IMG/VR virus record: IMGVR_UViG_2895847146_000001
Location: 32,001 to 96,000 of that record
DNA: 64,000 nucleotides
Source: a virus
Lineage: Duplodnaviria; Caudoviricetes
Strand: one strand, 5' to 3'
Both the position numbers and the translations under genes were made by a program. The notes beneath the pieces are model-generated. The model saw only the letters and a list, made by a program, of their open reading frames with translations. It had not been told where the DNA came from and ran no database searches. Each line of letters starts with the position of its first letter. Positions within the stretch are counted from its first letter, which is position 1. Below are positions 54,155 through 63,090 of the stretch, piece by piece.

Positions 54155-54895
54155 CTACCGGCTAACGAATTCGGCGGGAATGGGCAGGCTCACGGCCTGC
54201 TCCTTGCCACCACCGATAAAGTCGGCGGCCTTCACCTGAAACTGGACGTGGTAGGTCACGGCACCAGCTTGGGAATTGTGGCCTACTACCGTGCCCTGGC
54301 CGCTGAGCGACTCGCCCACTTTCACCGTCACGAATTCACCGTAGCCAATGATTTCGGGCTTATTCAGCTCGGCAATCAGGCTGCGTACTTCGTCGTTGTC
54401 GAATGGGTCAGGCTGCTCGGGGCCAGCCTCTTCCTCTTCCTGGGCAGCGGCGGCGCTATCGTCCGGCTGTTGCTCGAAATGAGCGTCCGGCTCGGCGGCG
54501 AATAACGCCACCCCTGCTATGTCGCCGTTATCCTCGGCCGGAGCTTCCTCGACCACACGGGTACCGGCTTTTACCTGCACGTCGGCGCCGTCCTGGTCTA
54601 CGCCTTCCACATCCTCTTCAATCACGCCCTCGCCACCGTTGAGGGTGCCGGCTGGCACGGTAGCCACCTCTTGCTCAGCTTCAGCATTTTCAGCGGCCTG
54701 GGCGTGCTGCTCGTCGTTGGCCTGCACCTCGGCGCCACCGGCTGCGGCTTCCGCCTCGGCCAGGGCCACGTTTTCTACGGGGCCTACGACTTCCTGCACG
54801 TCATGGGCCGGAGATTCAGAGTTGCCCTGGGCGTCTACCACGGGCGCGGCGTTTTCTTTTGCTTTGTCGCTCACGTTCTTGTTTTTCTTAGGCAT
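54155..54895 (-). CDS. Highly acidic low-complexity protein
   Basis: E/A/D/Q-rich with a small C-terminal beta domain. Confidence 0.65.
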   Translation of the reverse strand: MPKKNKNVSDKAKENAAPVVDAQGNSESPAHDVQEVVGPVENVALAEAEAAAGGAEVQANDEQHAQAAENAEAEQEVATVPAGTLNGGEGVIEEDVEGVDQDGADVQVKAGTRVVEEAPAEDNGDIAGVALFAAEPDAHFEQQPDDSAAAAQEEEEAGPEQPDPFDNDEVRSLIAELNKPEIIGYGEFVTVKVGESLSGQGTVVGHNSQAGAVTYHVQFQVKAADFIGGGKEQAVSLPIPAEFVSR

Positions 54896-54928
54896 TGCTG
54901 GTTGTGTTCGGCGCGTCCGTCCCCCCGT

Positions 54929-55690
54929 TTAGTAGTTCGGCGCAGCGGCCCCGCGCGGGTACTTGCGCTTGTAGGTGAGTACGTTATTGGTGTAGACGGC
55001 TTCGTTGTACGTCAGCGGAGCACCAACGGCTCCAACTTGAACCGCCTGCCGCTGGTGTTTCAACAGCAGCTCGACATGCCCCTTGAGTTGGTCTAGGGTG
55101 CCGGAGTTGTCAATGATAGCATCGAAATAGGGGTAGTCGTCCAACGCCGTTTCGCTGGGGTGGGAGTCATCGCGGGTGCCGTCGCCCTGCTGCTTGAGCG
55201 GGTCGCCCTCGATGCGAAGGAGCAGGCCACCACGGGCGCGGATAGCTTCGGCCTCGTTGGGAAAACGGCAATCGGTGATAATGTATTTCTGGTCTTCCTC
55301 CATGCCCGCAAAGCAGGCCAGAATCCAAGCATCCTTGTGTAGGCCGTCGCGGATTGCATCTGTACCCAGCTTTTGTAGCAGTTCGCCTACTGTCATTCCC
55401 CACTCGGACAAGAAGGTGGTTTTGCCAGCCTGGCTATACACATCCATGTGGCCGGTCAGCTCCTGGGCAAACTTCTTGAGCTTTCCGGCGAATGAGCGGC
55501 AGGTGTAAGGGGAAACCCACGTATGGGCGTTGCTCAAAAAGAAATCCAGTGATTGGTCGGCCCAAACACCCGGATAATCTTGTTGCAGGGTCAGGTATTT
55601 TATCAGGTTTGCTACCGTGTCCTTTCCGCTGCCGCGACGGCCGGATAGTCCGATGATCTTTGGCAGGTTTGCGCTGGCTAGGGGCTTCAT
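54929..55690 (-). CDS. Deoxynucleoside monophosphate kinase (T4 gp1-like)
   Basis: IIGLSGRRGSGKDT, FAGKLK, LQKLGTD, ITDCRFPNE, HPSETALD. Confidence 0.9.
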   Translation of the reverse strand: MKPLASANLPKIIGLSGRRGSGKDTVANLIKYLTLQQDYPGVWADQSLDFFLSNAHTWVSPYTCRSFAGKLKKFAQELTGHMDVYSQAGKTTFLSEWGMTVGELLQKLGTDAIRDGLHKDAWILACFAGMEEDQKYIITDCRFPNEAEAIRARGGLLLRIEGDPLKQQGDGTRDDSHPSETALDDYPYFDAIIDNSGTLDQLKGHVELLLKHQRQAVQVGAVGAPLTYNEAVYTNNVLTYKRKYPRGAAAPNY

Positions 55691-55691
55691 C

Positions 55692-56246
55692 TTACAGCAC
55701 GAATTGGTCTACGACTTCCTTCCAGTTATTCACCCGGAAGAACGAGGGGTTGTTGACAGCCGCGTTGTGGCGGGCGCTGAACAGAATTCGAATGCCACAG
55801 AAGTTCTTCAGGTTGTGCTCGCCATCATCAATCAGGGCGCCACCGTGGAGCAGCGACTTGTCGTGCACCTCCATGTAGTCGGGCGAAAGGGTGCCGTACT
55901 TCAAGTCCAGAAAGCCGTGCTCAGCTAACCACAGGAGCTTGCGGCCAGCCATGTGCACGTTGGTTGAGGTGGCAAAGACCACCCGAAAGCCCAGCTCACG
56001 CAACCGCGCCACACCTTCTACAGAACCCTCAATGGGCTGCACGCCGTCGTACAGGGTTTTGTCGTGGAGGTAGTTGTAGATTTTTTGGCCACACTCCGGC
56101 TTGACAAACGGAGTCATATCCCAGCCGGTCACGCCGGTTTTGTAGCACAGGTTGTCGTTGTAGTCGGCATTGTAGCGCCGTACCCACTCAGGGCCAAGGT
56201 CGGCTACTACGCCGTCCACATCACAGAAAATTACTTTTTCACTCAT
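55692..56246 (-). CDS. 5'(3')-deoxyribonucleotidase (HAD, NT5C-like)
   Basis: DVDGVVAD, K..WL.EH, DKS, LIDD...N; likely start MSEKVIF. Confidence 0.88.
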   Translation of the reverse strand: MSEKVIFCDVDGVVADLGPEWVRRYNADYNDNLCYKTGVTGWDMTPFVKPECGQKIYNYLHDKTLYDGVQPIEGSVEGVARLRELGFRVVFATSTNVHMAGRKLLWLAEHGFLDLKYGTLSPDYMEVHDKSLLHGGALIDDGEHNLKNFCGIRILFSARHNAAVNNPSFFRVNNWKEVVDQFVL

Positions 56247-56274
56247 AAAACAGGGGGTTGGGTTGGTGAAGGGG

Positions 56275-56898
56275 TTATGCATAGCCGCGCATCAGCGCAC
56301 GGGTATTGGGGTTGGAATCGTAGGCGCCAGAACCGCCGAGCAGGTTGAAGCCGCCTACGCCGTTTACTTGGTTCTGGCCGGCCGTGCTGCCAAAATAGGC
56401 ACCGGTATTGGCCAGACCGTCCACGGCGCCGAAGACATTGGTAGCCGAAGCCTGTTTGAGGGCGGCGCGGGTACGGCTGGCCGTGTCCTGGTCCGCCTTC
56501 TGGTAGGCAGCCTGTTGCAGCAAGCCCGCCGAAAGAGCACGGCGGCCCTGGGCCTGATACTGCTGGTTCTGCACGTTCAGGTTGGCCAGGCCCTGCTGCC
56601 GGCGAGCGTCGGCGGCGCCAATCGAGGCCATAATGTCGGACGAGCTGCCGCCAGCGCGTAGGGCTTGGCCCGCAACAGCGGCTTGATTCTGGGCCAGTTG
56701 GCCTTCCATCAGCCCGTAGCCGGGCATTTGGGCGTTGGCGGAGCCACGCAGCAGGGCCAGATTTTCCTTGGAGGCGGCCGGCTGAGTGTCCTCAACCTTC
56801 ACCTTCTTGGCTTTCTGGCCTTGCAGAATGCCCTGGCCGAGCTTGAGTAGCTGGGGGGCGGCGGAAATGCCCGCGAGGGCTAAGAGCGGAAGCGGCAT
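56275..56898 (-). CDS. Small internal virion / ejection protein
   Basis: Hydrophobic N-terminus, Ala/Gln/Gly-rich helices; directly after the nozzle gene. Confidence 0.6.
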   Translation of the reverse strand: MPLPLLALAGISAAPQLLKLGQGILQGQKAKKVKVEDTQPAASKENLALLRGSANAQMPGYGLMEGQLAQNQAAVAGQALRAGGSSSDIMASIGAADARRQQGLANLNVQNQQYQAQGRRALSAGLLQQAAYQKADQDTASRTRAALKQASATNVFGAVDGLANTGAYFGSTAGQNQVNGVGGFNLLGGSGAYDSNPNTRALMRGYA

Positions 56899-56905
56899 AG
56901 TGGCG

Positions 56906-56975
56906 GAAAGATAGTAATTCTATCCCGAAAATCGAGATACTTTTTCTGAAATCTGTCCCGATTTTCGGAACAGCA
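56906..56975 (-). promoter_or_regulatory. Promoter with paired 25-bp palindromes (site F)
   Basis: Minus-strand TATCTTTC (56906-56913); palindromes at 56918-56942 and 56951-56975. Confidence 0.75.
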
Positions 56976-56979
56976 CTAC

Positions 56980-59900
56980 TCAGGGGGCTAAGGGCAAGAA
57001 AATCAGGTCGGTGCTTACCAGTTGGGCCTTTTCCGTGCCGGTGTAGGAAAGCGTCACATCGAGAGTGGGGCTTTGCAGCTCCCGGCCCAGGTGCAGGGCG
57101 GTGGCGGGCGTCAGGTTCGGGGTGTTTTCGTCCCGACGGAAGGCTGCCCGCCAGATACCCTTCTCCGTGACCATCCACGGGGCCAGGATGCGGCTTTGCT
57201 GGCCCAGGTCGTTGGATACGACCACGCTCCACTTCTGCGGGCTGACCACGGCAAGGGCCTTCCAGGTTTTGGAGGCTTCCGAGCCTTCGTTGACGGCTGC
57301 CGTCACCTGCATCGTTACCGGCTTGCCAAAGAAGCGCAGGCGGTCATGCTCGGGGCGGTGCTGCCAGGGCAACCCGTTTTCGAAGCTCAGCAGGTGGTCG
57401 TCATAGGCCATGCCCGCTTCGGCCGGCAAGTCCCAGAGGTCGGCAAACTGGCCGGCCCGTTCGCTGAAGACCAGGGCCACGGGCGGATTGCCGTTGGCCT
57501 CGCCAAAGAACAACAGGTAGCTTTCCGTGCCTGGGTCGTAGGCCCCGTGCACGGTGGCGCCGGCGTACTGGGCTGCCAACTCCCGCACCCGCGCCCGGGC
57601 GGTTTTGTCTTTGGCCAGCGGAGAGGCCCCGTTTTGGGCGTAGCGAATCACTTCACGTCGGCGCTGGCAGTAGTAGAAGACGCGGCCGGCAAACTCGCTC
57701 ACGGTAGCCGCGTGCTCGGGCAGGCAGCCATAGCCGCCGCGCAGGGCGTTGCCGCCGCCAATGACGCCCTTGGTCAGGGCCAGCGTGGTTTGCCCGTCGG
57801 CCTGCTGCAGGGCGGTCTGGCCGAGGTAGCGGGACTCGGCCCCGTTTTCCTGCACGGCCAGCAGCAGCGTGCCCTCGGCCTGGGTCTGGTCGGCTACTTC
57901 CAGGGCCACAATGGCGCCCTGCTCCTGCGGCAAGTCGTCCTGCGCCGTCGCGTCCCAGACGGAGAGGCCCATCAGGCGGGTGCCCTGGACCTTCACGCCC
58001 GAATAGCGCAGCAGCGAGAAGCGGCGGATCTGCTCGCCGTTGATAATGACGGGAATAGCCCGGCCGCGGGACGCATCGAGCCAGATATTGGCCTGGGTCG
58101 CCGTCGGGTTCATGGCCTCGTAGCCGTTGAGCAGGAAGGTGTCGCCGGTAAGCACGCCGCTGGTGGTGGTGTAGCGGCGCTGCTGAAAGCCTCCCTCGGG
58201 CGTGAAGCGGGCAATCGGGAAGCGCGGGCTACGCTCGTACAGCACCGACTCTTCGGAGAAGGTGACGGGCCGGTAGATTTCTACCCGGGGCTGGGGGCTG
58301 CTGATTTCGTCGCCGGAAGGGCTGACGAACTGGTACAGGGCCAGCGGCGACAGGGCCAGATACTCGCCGCGCTGGTAGAGAATGGGGTAGTCGGCCGTAG
58401 GGTCGAGGTCGGGAAAGCGCACCCGGTCTCCGGGCTGAAACTCGTAGCCGCGGCCACTGGTCTGCAGCGTGGTCATGGAAACCCACAGCGACTTCATCAG
58501 GGACGTGTTGTTTTCGTCCACGGGCACGAGGTCGGCCGAGCCGTCGGCCTTGTCGCCCCGGTACTGGCGGAGCTGGTCGGTGATAAACTGCTGAAAGAAA
58601 CGGATGGTGCGGTTCTTGGAAAGCAGGATGGCGTAGGTATAGGCCCAGGCCGGAATCTCGGCCGTCTGGTCGAGTTCGGCCGTGTTCAGCTTCCAGGACA
58701 CGTTGCGGGCGGCCAGTAGGCCCACCTGCTGACGGGGAATGTTCAAGTCCTTCAGGGACGTGGCGCCCGCGGTGCGGCCCAATCGGTCATAGAAGGCCAC
58801 GCCCAGGCGGTAGGACGTGTTTTCGTGAAAGGTTTCCTGGCCGTCCAGGGTAGGCGGGGGCTGCGTGCCGAAGGGGGCAATCTGCTGGTTGGGCAGCGGG
58901 GTGACAATGCGGTTCTCGCCCAGCTGCTCGTCGGGCGCAAAGTCTACAAATACCTGCTGGTAGGTCTTGGGCGTAGTGGCCACCACGGCGTAGTACACGC
59001 CATTGTTGAGGGCCACCTGCTGGTAGGTGCTGCCCGCATCCGGGTAAGCGCCGGAAGCCACGGCGTAAAAGGCAGTTCGCACGCGCGACTCCTGGTGGGT
59101 GCCGCCGTCGGGGTCGCCTACCTGCTCCACGTAGTCGGTATCGACCTGATACACGGTGCCCGTCGTGTTACCGGTGGGCGCACCGGTGCCCGTAATCAGG
59201 TCCAGCGACCAGTTGACGGGCGTTACCGTCAGGCTTTCCCTGCAGTCTCCAACGAAGATATGGCTACGGGCCACGGTCATGGCGCCGGCCTCAATAGGAA
59301 TGGACTCGTAGAGTTTGGCGGCGTCCAGGGCGGGAATGGCTTCGCCGGTGGTCACGCCGTAGAAGTCATAGGAGGTCGGAAACAGGCCGCTGACGCGCTC
59401 CAGGGCGGCGGCCACCTCCCACTGCGGCTCGTCGTCGCGGCGCACCAGCACGCGCACGGTTTGCACCAAGGGCGGTACCTCCGTAGGCAGTGTGACGTGG
59501 ATGTAGTTGCGCGGGTCGGCTTCGACGGCGGCGGCCGTGGTGATACGACGGGGCAGCACGGGCGAATAGGAGCCCAGCGGGGTACGCTCGCCGTTGGTGT
59601 ACTCGTACTGCAGGGCCACCTGCCACGCATTGCCCGCAATCCGGTTCAGGGTGCTGCGCACGTCGGATACGTTGGTGTTGGCCAGGCGCTCCACCCCTAC
59701 CGTGCCCTGGTGGGGCTGGCGCACCACATGCAGGGCCAGCGGGTCGGCCTGGAGTACGGCGGGAGCAAACTCCGCTGGCTTGCCCACGGGCAGGGCGCGA
59801 ATCTCCTTGTTGGCGTCGAGCCAGAGCAGCAGCCCGTCCAGGAAGCAGACGTTCTTGGTCACGGTGGCGGGCACGGCTAGCCCCTCCCATTGCAGCACCA

Positions 59901-60198
59901 GCTCGTAGGCGTTGTTATCGGCCGGCGTGAGGCGAGCAATTAGGTGCTGGCCGCCCGAGTGGTGCAGCAGGAAGTAGTGGCGGCCGGTAGCACCGTCCTG
60001 CGCCCCGCCGACACAGCGCACGGTTCCTTCCGTCGGCAGCCAGTCGGCCTCAGCCAGCAGGCGGTTGCCCCAGGCGGCCTCGATGGCGCCACGTTCCAGG
60101 ACCACGTTGCGGGCCGCGGTGAACTTGTTGGCCGGCACGTTGTCCTTGGCGGTGTCGGTATCGAGCCCTCCGACGAAGATTTGGCGGGAAATGAGCAT
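56980..60198 (-). CDS. Tail nozzle / stabilisation protein (P22 gp10- / crAss muzzle-like)
   Basis: F.GGLDTD...A.N, LLWLD..., GVAFYDRLGR, GAYDP...Y, K.WKAL, KGIWRAAF.RD motifs; 1072 aa. Confidence 0.75.
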   Translation of the reverse strand: MLISRQIFVGGLDTDTAKDNVPANKFTAARNVVLERGAIEAAWGNRLLAEADWLPTEGTVRCVGGAQDGATGRHYFLLHHSGGQHLIARLTPADNNAYELVLQWEGLAVPATVTKNVCFLDGLLLWLDANKEIRALPVGKPAEFAPAVLQADPLALHVVRQPHQGTVGVERLANTNVSDVRSTLNRIAGNAWQVALQYEYTNGERTPLGSYSPVLPRRITTAAAVEADPRNYIHVTLPTEVPPLVQTVRVLVRRDDEPQWEVAAALERVSGLFPTSYDFYGVTTGEAIPALDAAKLYESIPIEAGAMTVARSHIFVGDCRESLTVTPVNWSLDLITGTGAPTGNTTGTVYQVDTDYVEQVGDPDGGTHQESRVRTAFYAVASGAYPDAGSTYQQVALNNGVYYAVVATTPKTYQQVFVDFAPDEQLGENRIVTPLPNQQIAPFGTQPPPTLDGQETFHENTSYRLGVAFYDRLGRTAGATSLKDLNIPRQQVGLLAARNVSWKLNTAELDQTAEIPAWAYTYAILLSKNRTIRFFQQFITDQLRQYRGDKADGSADLVPVDENNTSLMKSLWVSMTTLQTSGRGYEFQPGDRVRFPDLDPTADYPILYQRGEYLALSPLALYQFVSPSGDEISSPQPRVEIYRPVTFSEESVLYERSPRFPIARFTPEGGFQQRRYTTTSGVLTGDTFLLNGYEAMNPTATQANIWLDASRGRAIPVIINGEQIRRFSLLRYSGVKVQGTRLMGLSVWDATAQDDLPQEQGAIVALEVADQTQAEGTLLLAVQENGAESRYLGQTALQQADGQTTLALTKGVIGGGNALRGGYGCLPEHAATVSEFAGRVFYYCQRRREVIRYAQNGASPLAKDKTARARVRELAAQYAGATVHGAYDPGTESYLLFFGEANGNPPVALVFSERAGQFADLWDLPAEAGMAYDDHLLSFENGLPWQHRPEHDRLRFFGKPVTMQVTAAVNEGSEASKTWKALAVVSPQKWSVVVSNDLGQQSRILAPWMVTEKGIWRAAFRRDENTPNLTPATALHLGRELQSPTLDVTLSYTGTEKAQLVSTDLIFLPLAP

Positions 60199-60201
60199 TT
60201 A

Positions 60202-60408
60202 CTATGCTTCTTGAGGCGTACTCGTTGAAAACTCCACTTCGGTGCCACTTATGCCCTTGGCGCAGAACTCTTTCATGGCTTCGTGTAGATTGGCGGGGTG
60301 TAGTTGGTAAGAAGTAATGACTGTTTCTTTCGATGGCGCCCCGCTAAAGAAGGTTATCGTGGTCATTTCGCCAGGCTTAGAATCTGAAATAATGGCTTTT
60401 TGGGTCAT
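60202..60408 (-). CDS. Small hypothetical protein
   Basis: 68-aa lower-GC ORF. Confidence 0.5.
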   Translation of the reverse strand: MTQKAIISDSKPGEMTTITFFSGAPSKETVITSYQLHPANLHEAMKEFCAKGISGTEVEFSTSTPQEA

Positions 60409-60415
60409 GGTATGG

Positions 60416-60745
60416 TTATAGGGCAGAAAATTGGGATTCGAGCTGAGCGACTTCGCTCTGCCACACTTGAATTTGGCTTTTGATGGCTTCGGCTAAGACC
60501 CTCTCGGATACCTCAACAGTTATGTCGGGAATCATCTTGGAGAGCAGGTCTTTAGCGGGAAAACCATCATACCCTGTCTTTTCAGCTACCGACAAAATGG
60601 CGAGTTTGCGGCGAGCTATCGGCTTCGCGTAGCCAACAGCAATAAACTCCTGATCCAGTGCCTGGGTGGCTTGGGAAATTTTGCGCTCCAATGCGCTTAT
60701 TCTCTGGCGCAGGTCGGTTGCTTGATTGTGTTTTTGTAAATCCAT
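60416..60745 (-). CDS. Small coiled-coil protein
   Basis: 109-aa ORF. Confidence 0.55.
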   Translation of the reverse strand: MDLQKHNQATDLRQRISALERKISQATQALDQEFIAVGYAKPIARRKLAILSVAEKTGYDGFPAKDLLSKMIPDITVEVSERVLAEAIKSQIQVWQSEVAQLESQFSAL

Positions 60746-60763
60746 GACAGGGATTGGTGAGGG

Positions 60764-61528
60764 TTAGCGGAAGATGCCCCGGGCGTGGTTGGCCTGGGCG
60801 GCGTAAGCGTCGGTAATACTAAAGGTGGAACTGCGGTCCTCGGCCTTGTCTTTGGCCTTGTGATACAGGCGCTCAAACTCACGGGCGGCTCCCAAGTCCT
60901 TTTTGACGTAGAGGTAAAACTGCCACGTCAGATACAGGCTTAGCGGCTTGTCCCAGAGCGGGTTAATCACCCACCCCTCGTTGCCCACGGTAGAAAAGGC
61001 GTGGTACTGCAGAATTAGGGTGCGGTCTTGCGGTACTTCCGTCGAGCAGATAATGCGGCGGCCGGGGCCGTCAATCTTAAACTCCTGCCCGTAGCCAGGG
61101 TAGCCCTCCCCGTACAGCTCGCCGCCTGGCCAGCCCAGGTAGGCGTGGCGCAGGCCGACACGGGGCACTACGCCCTCGGCTTCGGGTACGGCTACGACTT
61201 CCTCCGCCAGCGAGCCTTGTAGAAACGGCTCGTAGCTGGGCGGCAGGTTGGTCAGGCTACCGTTGTAGGTGAGGTTGCGCACGTAGTCCCCGTTGCGCAC
61301 CCCCACCATCACGTAGTTGTCGTAGTCGTCCGGCAGAACAGCCGTGCGGTCAGGCAGAATAGCCAACTCCACGGTGCGGTTTTCCCGGCCGGTATCGGAT
61401 ACGTAGCCCACCCAGAAGTCGAAGACGTGGGGCAGCATCTGCGCGTAGTAGTGGGCCGGCGCATCCCCCATTTTCTGGAGGAACTTGCGCAGTACCGTGT
61501 CGAGCGTGAAAAGTTGGCGGGTCTGCAT
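60764..61528 (-). CDS. Tail ring / tubular protein (crAss ring-like)
   Basis: LPDDYDNYV.VG, ILQY, L..Y..W motifs; position before the nozzle. Confidence 0.7.
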   Translation of the reverse strand: MQTRQLFTLDTVLRKFLQKMGDAPAHYYAQMLPHVFDFWVGYVSDTGRENRTVELAILPDRTAVLPDDYDNYVMVGVRNGDYVRNLTYNGSLTNLPPSYEPFLQGSLAEEVVAVPEAEGVVPRVGLRHAYLGWPGGELYGEGYPGYGQEFKIDGPGRRIICSTEVPQDRTLILQYHAFSTVGNEGWVINPLWDKPLSLYLTWQFYLYVKKDLGAAREFERLYHKAKDKAEDRSSTFSITDAYAAQANHARGIFR

Positions 61529-61723
61529 CTAAACGAATTGAGTGGCTTTTGCCTCAGCCAAAATGTATTCGAGTTCGGCTACTGTGAGTTTAATTTGGCA
61601 CTCGCCGTGCTGATAAATATTCACATGATCTGACTCAAAAAAGGCGTCCGTATCGCCGTTAATCTCGTGAACATTAGCGCCGGGTAAGCACTGATTTGCG
61701 GGGTATTTACGCGGGCTACTCAT
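61529..61723 (-). CDS. Small hypothetical protein
   Basis: 64-aa ORF abutting its neighbours. Confidence 0.5.
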   Translation of the reverse strand: MSSPRKYPANQCLPGANVHEINGDTDAFFESDHVNIYQHGECQIKLTVAELEYILAEAKATQFV

Positions 61724-61913
61724 AGCACTTCGCTACTTTATCGGGCCGGAGCAGTACATCATCTTCCTGGTCGGGGTGCTGGACCACCAATATGTCACCG
61801 CTGGTTGAGGGCAGTATCTCGGAAATCAAGTAGTCGATGCCTTCCTGGAAGGTCAGCGGCTTGGCTACATCGTCGTAGTGCGTGTAGTCGCGGGAGGGTG
61901 TGAGGTGCTGCAT
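61716..61913 (-). CDS. Small hypothetical protein
   Basis: 65-aa ORF overlapping the next gene. Confidence 0.5.
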   Translation of the reverse strand: MQHLTPSRDYTHYDDVAKPLTFQEGIDYLISEILPSTSGDILVVQHPDQEDDVLLRPDKVAKCYE

Positions 61914-61916
61914 TGA

Positions 61917-62210
61917 CTACTCTACTGATATGGTGTGCGTGATAAAGCCTTTAGGTACATCAGCCACAACAAGCCGAATATTTACGCCGCGAATCACAAA
62001 CGATGTGATATTGGCAAAGTCAAATCCCCCTGGAATTTGCACGGTGGCATAGTCGATATATACCGCCATGAACCGGTTAAATTGACGCATTACAGCCCTG
62101 TACTCCTCTTCTGGCAGCAAGCACAGTAGCCCCCACCCGTTCGGTATTGGGTAAATTCTCTCCTGGCACTTACTTATCTCGTCGTTTACTTTATCAAAAA
62201 AGGCTTCCAT
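61917..62210 (-). CDS. Small hypothetical protein (lower GC)
   Basis: 97-aa ORF. Confidence 0.5.
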   Translation of the reverse strand: MEAFFDKVNDEISKCQERIYPIPNGWGLLCLLPEEEYRAVMRQFNRFMAVYIDYATVQIPGGFDFANITSFVIRGVNIRLVVADVPKGFITHTISVE

Positions 62211-62220
62211 TGGTCAGGGG

Positions 62221-63087
62221 TTATGGAATGGTGGTGGAATTGTTGTCGTTCAGTTTGTCCTCGGCCTTGCGCTTGAGGGCGAATTGCTGGGCCAGCTTCA
62301 GGATTTCAAAGTCGTGGGCGGCGGCAATCAGCGGGGCCTCGGGCAAAGTGGTCAGGCGGGAGTCGCGGAGAATGAGCTTGGCCAGCAACTTTGCAGCGGC
62401 AATAGGCTTCATGCCCCGGTCCCGCGAGTATTTGATGCGGGCGCCTTCACGGCGGAACCCGTAGCGGCCAAATAGTCCAAAGGGCAGCGTCTGGTCGATG
62501 AGCAGCTCCTGGCCTGGGGTCAGTTTTACCAGCGTGCCCTCGGTGTGGCGCCGGTCTACTTCCTTGACGGCCATTACCGCGTACACGCCCTCCTCGCCGG
62601 GCAGGTTCTGGTAGCGGCGCAGGTTTACAAACGCCTCGGGCAGCTCCGAATACTGCTCCTCCGTATCGGGGTCGGTCAGTACCTGCAGAATAAAGGTCTG
62701 CATCCACCGCTCCGGAGTTTCGCCAAACTCGGACTTGGCCCGCACGTCGTCAAAGAAGCTCTCGCGCTCCAGCTTCTGCCGGGTTACGAAGTCAGCCTGC
62801 TCTATTTCCTTGTTCTTGCGGGTAATTTCGGCATCGAGCCACAACCGGGCCTGCTGCACCCACAACCGCAGTTCGCGGGTGGTGTAGGGCGAATCGGCCG
62901 TGGGTGGCCCGCCCACCAGCCAGTGGTGGAGCTGGTCGGCCAGAATCAGGTCACGGGCCGCGTCAGGCCGGCCCAGAAAGGCGTAGGGCAAGGCCGGGGC
63001 CGGCACCACGGGAGCCGTGTCGCCCGCGCCGGGCGCGTCCAGTCCTCTCGTTGCCTCGTCTTCGGTTGTAAGTGCCTCGTCTGCCAT
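62221..63087 (-). CDS. Putative tail ring protein
   Basis: GG....DS, YSELP....L...GV..V and C-terminal D..NDN motifs. Confidence 0.6.
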   Translation of the reverse strand: MADEALTTEDEATRGLDAPGAGDTAPVVPAPALPYAFLGRPDAARDLILADQLHHWLVGGPPTADSPYTTRELRLWVQQARLWLDAEITRKNKEIEQADFVTRQKLERESFFDDVRAKSEFGETPERWMQTFILQVLTDPDTEEQYSELPEAFVNLRRYQNLPGEEGVYAVMAVKEVDRRHTEGTLVKLTPGQELLIDQTLPFGLFGRYGFRREGARIKYSRDRGMKPIAAAKLLAKLILRDSRLTTLPEAPLIAAAHDFEILKLAQQFALKRKAEDKLNDNNSTTIP

Positions 63088-63090
63088 TGC

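Noticed and set aside
18636-56975. 25-bp palindromes as IS ends, REP elements or recombinase inversion sites
   Set aside because: No transposase or invertase nearby and no target duplications; the fixed position relative to -7 boxes favours operators
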